A stretch of DNA of 64,000 nt from Candidatus Heimdallarchaeota archaeon (GTDB lineage Archaea > Asgardarchaeota > Heimdallarchaeia > Hodarchaeales > Hodarchaeaceae), in assembly GCA_019057635.1 (NCBI GenBank), contig DXJL01000066.1, positions 1 through 64,000 of the forward strand, read 5' to 3'. Both the position numbers and the translations under genes were made by a program. Below, one piece after another: positions 60,721 to 64,000 of this stretch (the first letter of the stretch is position 1; the number at the start of each line of letters is the position of its first letter). The notes under the pieces were generated by a model. The model did not search any database. It saw only the letters and a list, made by a program, of their open reading frames with translations, and was not told the DNA's origin.

Positions 60721-62139
60721 ATGATGATCTTGAGAGAAAAAAATCAAATCTGGAGAGTATTGTTATTCAGTTTTTTTATTGGATGTTTTTTCATTATCAG
60801 TATGTTCAGCATTTTTTTTTCTGGAGAAACTCAATATTCCTCAAATTACATGTTCACATTGATAATTGGAAACATAATTCCCATTGCAATCGCGTGTCTG
60901 TTGATTTTCTATGAACTGAATATATTTTCATTTGAAAGAAAAAAACTAATGACAATTAAAGGAGGGAAGGTGCTATTCATTCCCCGATTCAATTTGTATT
61001 TAAGTATATTTGAGTGTAGTTCAGTATCAGATGTTTTTGTCGAGGGGTTAGATTTATTAAATGCGTTGAATAGGTATTCAATTGAAATAGATGGAATTAA
61101 TAATAGATTAAGGGTGTTTTTTTATTCAAATTCAATAATTGAATTGTCTAGATACATAGAGGAAGCCAAACCATTACTTGATACAATCTTTCCCAATTTA
61201 CTGTTACTAACTGCTTCTTCTCTAAAAGAAGGATTTCTAAATTATTCGCTTAAGAGGATGGGGGATTATCGTGCGATAAAACAAGGGCATTATTTGATCA
61301 TTCCAGAAAAAGAACAAAACTTTCTCTTAAAAAGTCCGAAAAATTATACACATGTCATAAATTATAACTCTCAAGCAAGTTCTGAGGAAAAAGCAAATAA
61401 ATTTGAGTCCATCCAGCTCTATTCTTTCATTAGATTTGAAGAAGCATCATTTTTCGATTTTTTTGGGAGAATGTGTTTTACCGATAGAAATATGTTTTTT
61501 ACTGACATAGTTGAAGAAAATCTTCTTTTACGCGCAATAATTCGGTATAAACTTATTGGTTTTAACTCTATTTCGGATAATGAGGGAATAATTAACTTAC
61601 AACAAAAATTAAATGCATTAAATATGGGAAATAATGCTGTAGAATATCCTGACAAATTTATACCGCCTCTAGCCGCTCTGAGCGAACATAATCCTGATTC
61701 ATCAAATTTTCTTTCAATTAATCAGAAATTTAATCAAATTTGCATGGAATTATGTAACATTTCTCGGAGTTCAATGGATGAGGCAGTTAAAGCAAAGAAT
61801 TGCGTTGATAGGGCAAGTTTTTGTAAAAAACTTTTAATCAATCAAAATTTCGCAAATTTCCTTAGTGAACTTGTTGATGGTGAAGACGATCAAAGAAAAG
61901 ACACTATATTATCTGATCTTCTAAGACATGTGTCTTTTCATCAAATTCATTGTTTATTAGCACAGTTCATTGCTTCTTACGACTCTGATAATCTCGATAA
62001 GCAAATTATTAAATTATTGCATGTTTTAATACAAAAACAACTCGAAATTAATAGTATTGAAGGAGATTCGGGGAGAAATTACTTTTCAGTTGTAGAATCT
62101 TTTCATCAAAGACTGAATCACGGGACAAACATTGCGTGA
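60721..62139 (+). CDS. Membrane-anchored hypothetical protein (2 N-terminal TMs, large soluble domain)
   Basis: 472-aa ORF starting 7 nt after the surface-protein gene; two hydrophobic N-terminal segments. Confidence 0.65.
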   Translation: MMILREKNQIWRVLLFSFFIGCFFIISMFSIFFSGETQYSSNYMFTLIIGNIIPIAIACLLIFYELNIFSFERKKLMTIKGGKVLFIPRFNLYLSIFECSSVSDVFVEGLDLLNALNRYSIEIDGINNRLRVFFYSNSIIELSRYIEEAKPLLDTIFPNLLLLTASSLKEGFLNYSLKRMGDYRAIKQGHYLIIPEKEQNFLLKSPKNYTHVINYNSQASSEEKANKFESIQLYSFIRFEEASFFDFFGRMCFTDRNMFFTDIVEENLLLRAIIRYKLIGFNSISDNEGIINLQQKLNALNMGNNAVEYPDKFIPPLAALSEHNPDSSNFLSINQKFNQICMELCNISRSSMDEAVKAKNCVDRASFCKKLLINQNFANFLSELVDGEDDQRKDTILSDLLRHVSFHQIHCLLAQFIASYDSDNLDKQIIKLLHVLIQKQLEINSIEGDSGRNYFSVVESFHQRLNHGTNIA

Positions 62140-62238
62140 CGGATTGTCAATACGTTATTTAGGAATGTCACCGTCTAAAATGAAATTTTTAGACATTATT
62201 AGTAAAAAATGACTCTTATTCAACAAATAAGTTGGAAG

Positions 62239-62373
62239 TGGGCCCACCCGGATTTGAACCGGGGATCTCTCGGTTTCTATCGGCAGCCTGGGAAACCAGT
62301 TGCGTTATCAGCATCACCCGCCCAGAAAAATTTCTGAACGTCGAGCGCTTTAACCAGGCTAAGCCATGGGCCC
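62239..62373 (-). tRNA. tRNA-Ile(GAT) with two introns (30/31, 29 nt, 62313-62341; 37/38, 31 nt, 62275-62305)
   Basis: Spliced product is a 75-nt cloverleaf: GGGCCCA/TGGGCCC acceptor, CTCGG-CTGATAA-CCGAG anticodon arm, CCCGG-TTCAAAT-CCGGG T arm; intron hairpins with BHB-like junctions. Confidence 0.88.
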
Positions 62374-62434
62374 AATAATATTCCACTAAAATGACATCTA
62401 TCTTCGTTTTACTTGATTAAATAAAGGTTATGGA

Positions 62435-62836
62435 TTATCGATAACTCTTTGTATATTTTGCACGTGCTCCAGGTCCTCCGAAATGCTTTGGCTCTCTTCT
62501 TCTTGGATCACCAACAATCATATGTCTGTCATAATTCATGAATTTTACACGTAATGCTTCCGAATCAGTCCAAGCTAAAATTGCTCTAGCGATTGCAGTT
62601 CTAGCTGCATCAGCTTGACCCATAAACCCACCACCTTTAACCTTAACCTTTATTTCAATTTTATTTTTAATTTTCTCATCCAGAAAATATAGCGGTTCAA
62701 GTAATTTCATTCTCACAAATTCTGGTTCAATAATCTCTATAGGTTTACCATTGATTAATACTCTACCCTTTCCTTCTTTGATTATTGCACGAGCAATTGC
62801 CGTTCTTCGTTTTCCACTTCGTAGTAGACTTTTCAA
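62435..62836 (-). CDS. rps9: 30S ribosomal protein uS9
   Basis: GKRRTAIARA, VKGGG, GDPRRREPK, YTKSYR. Confidence 0.97.
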   Translation of the reverse strand: MKSLLRSGKRRTAIARAIIKEGKGRVLINGKPIEIIEPEFVRMKLLEPLYFLDEKIKNKIEIKVKVKGGGFMGQADAARTAIARAILAWTDSEALRVKFMNYDRHMIVGDPRRREPKHFGGPGARAKYTKSYR

Positions 62837-62846
62837 AATTTTCCCT

Positions 62847-63293
62847 TCATATCTTTTTATTCAATTCTCCTAGTGATATATAGGAGGATTTTGGGTTGTT
62901 AAGCAGAGTACCACTTGGAACTTCAAGTTCTTGATCTTTGAATAATCCGGGTAAGCGGTTAAATACCTTTAACCGCTTGTATGCCTCTTTACCTCTGCTT
63001 TTTTTGTATGGAAGCATCCCTCTTACGGTCCTTTTTAATATCTGGTCAGGTTTTCTAGGGTTGAAGGGACCTTGCAAAGGATTTGATTTCGTTTTAATAT
63101 GATACCGATCGAGATATTTTTTAGCAACTGAACCAGGATTGCCTGAAATTAAGGCTTTCTCTGCATTTACGATTATGATTTTTTCCCCAGATAATAATCG
63201 TTTAGCTACTATACTAGCTAATCGTCCGATAATTGTATCTTCAGCATTTATGATTTTTGAGTCATCAATTGTAATATCGTTCATTTTTCTCAT
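62847..63293 (-). CDS. rpl13: 50S ribosomal protein uL13
   Basis: IIGRLASIVAK, NAEK, RTVRGMLPYK. Confidence 0.96.
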   Translation of the reverse strand: MRKMNDITIDDSKIINAEDTIIGRLASIVAKRLLSGEKIIIVNAEKALISGNPGSVAKKYLDRYHIKTKSNPLQGPFNPRKPDQILKRTVRGMLPYKKSRGKEAYKRLKVFNRLPGLFKDQELEVPSGTLLNNPKSSYISLGELNKKI

Positions 63294-63301
63294 TCCATTT
63301 G

Positions 63302-63667
63302 TTATTTCAGTAGTCGAACATTGGTACCTTTTGGATTTGTCTTAATAAGTTCTTCAAACGATAGACATTGACCACCTATTGAAAGAATCTTTTCTTTTGC
63401 AGATTCAGAGAAGCTTTCTGCGGCTATACTCAATTTATGTTTTAATATTCCTGCTCCTAGGATTTTTCCTGGAACGACTATTACATCCCCGGGAGAGGAC
63501 ACTCTATTTATATGAGATAGGTTAATTGCAATGCGATTTCTGTTTGCAGATGAGAGTTCTTTACTTAATCTTCTCCAAATATTCGCCTCGTTCCGTATCC
63601 CGACCTGATTAATTGATCTAATTAATGAAGTTTTGTTTGGGTCAGTTCTTGTATCTGTTTTCAACAA
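63302..63667 (-). CDS. rpl18e: 50S ribosomal protein eL18
   Basis: IVVPGKILGAG, FSESAKEKI, NPKGTNV. Confidence 0.95.
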   Translation of the reverse strand: MLKTDTRTDPNKTSLIRSINQVGIRNEANIWRRLSKELSSANRNRIAINLSHINRVSSPGDVIVVPGKILGAGILKHKLSIAAESFSESAKEKILSIGGQCLSFEELIKTNPKGTNVRLLK

Positions 63668-63675
63668 TATCCCTT

Positions 63676-64000
63676 CTAAAATTCTTCAACATTAACTTTA
63701 AATTCGTTTGCTTTCTCATTTAATATTTTGAGAGCTTTAAGTAATATATCTTTCGTACTGAGAGCACCTGTGCTTTCCACGGTGAAAATAAAGTCTGTTC
63801 CTGTTGTTGAGACAAAAACAGCATCGGTTTCACAGATATCTACACATTGATTGCAGAGACTGCAGTTGATAACATTTTCTGCGTAAATTTTTCCATTTTC
63901 AATTTTAATTATATCACGAGGACATACTTCCACACATTCTCCGCAGTATGTGCAATTTTTTTCATTGAATTTGACAACTGGGTAGTATTTATATGAAACT
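63676..64000 (-). CDS. rpo3: RNA polymerase subunit Rpo3 (D), C-terminal part with ferredoxin-like domain (partial)
   Basis: [39 protein letters not shown]; upstream of eL18. Confidence 0.92.
   Translation of the reverse strand, partial: VSYKYYPVVKFNEKNCTYCGECVEVCPRDIIKIENGKIYAENVINCSLCNQCVDICETDAVFVSTTGTDFIFTVESTGALSTKDILLKALKILNEKANEFKVNVEEF

Noticed and set aside
52404-62239. Secretion cluster as an element integrated at the 3' end of tRNA-Ile
   Set aside because: No duplicated tRNA 3' end (att site) seen near 52.4-52.8 kb, and no integrase, relaxase or recognisable VirB4 ATPase

Overview
AT-rich archaeal chromosome segment, most consistent with an Asgard archaeon, probably Heimdallarchaeia (inferred from gene content). 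It is mostly housekeeping: valS, RNA polymerase subunits (rpo2, rpo1N, rpo1C, rpo5, partial rpo3), ribosomal proteins, secY/secE/ftsY and tRNA-modification enzymes, with the canonical archaeal operons heavily rearranged. Eukaryote-like features: (1) three oligosaccharyltransferase accessory-subunit homologs (ribophorin I/Ost1, DAD1/Ost2, OST48/Wbp1-like) beside secY; (2) an Rpo5 carrying the eukaryotic RPB5 N-terminal domain; (3) a Rab-like GTPase-KaiC-Roadblock-FIST-MFS operon divergent from a Flp/class III pilin-like gene; (4) an unannotated dual-guide C/D box sRNA whose predicted 23S targets match conserved eukaryotic snoRNA sites. Also present: a Tad/VirB11-like appendage cluster (52.7-62.1 kb), an agmatine-centred tiaS-dhs-decarboxylase-agmatinase cluster, three tRNAs (two with double introns), a TnpB remnant, and genes missed by the ORF track (eL39, a ferredoxin with an apparent ATT start, a partial UPF0148 gene). 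All family calls come from motif recognition by eye, not database searches.
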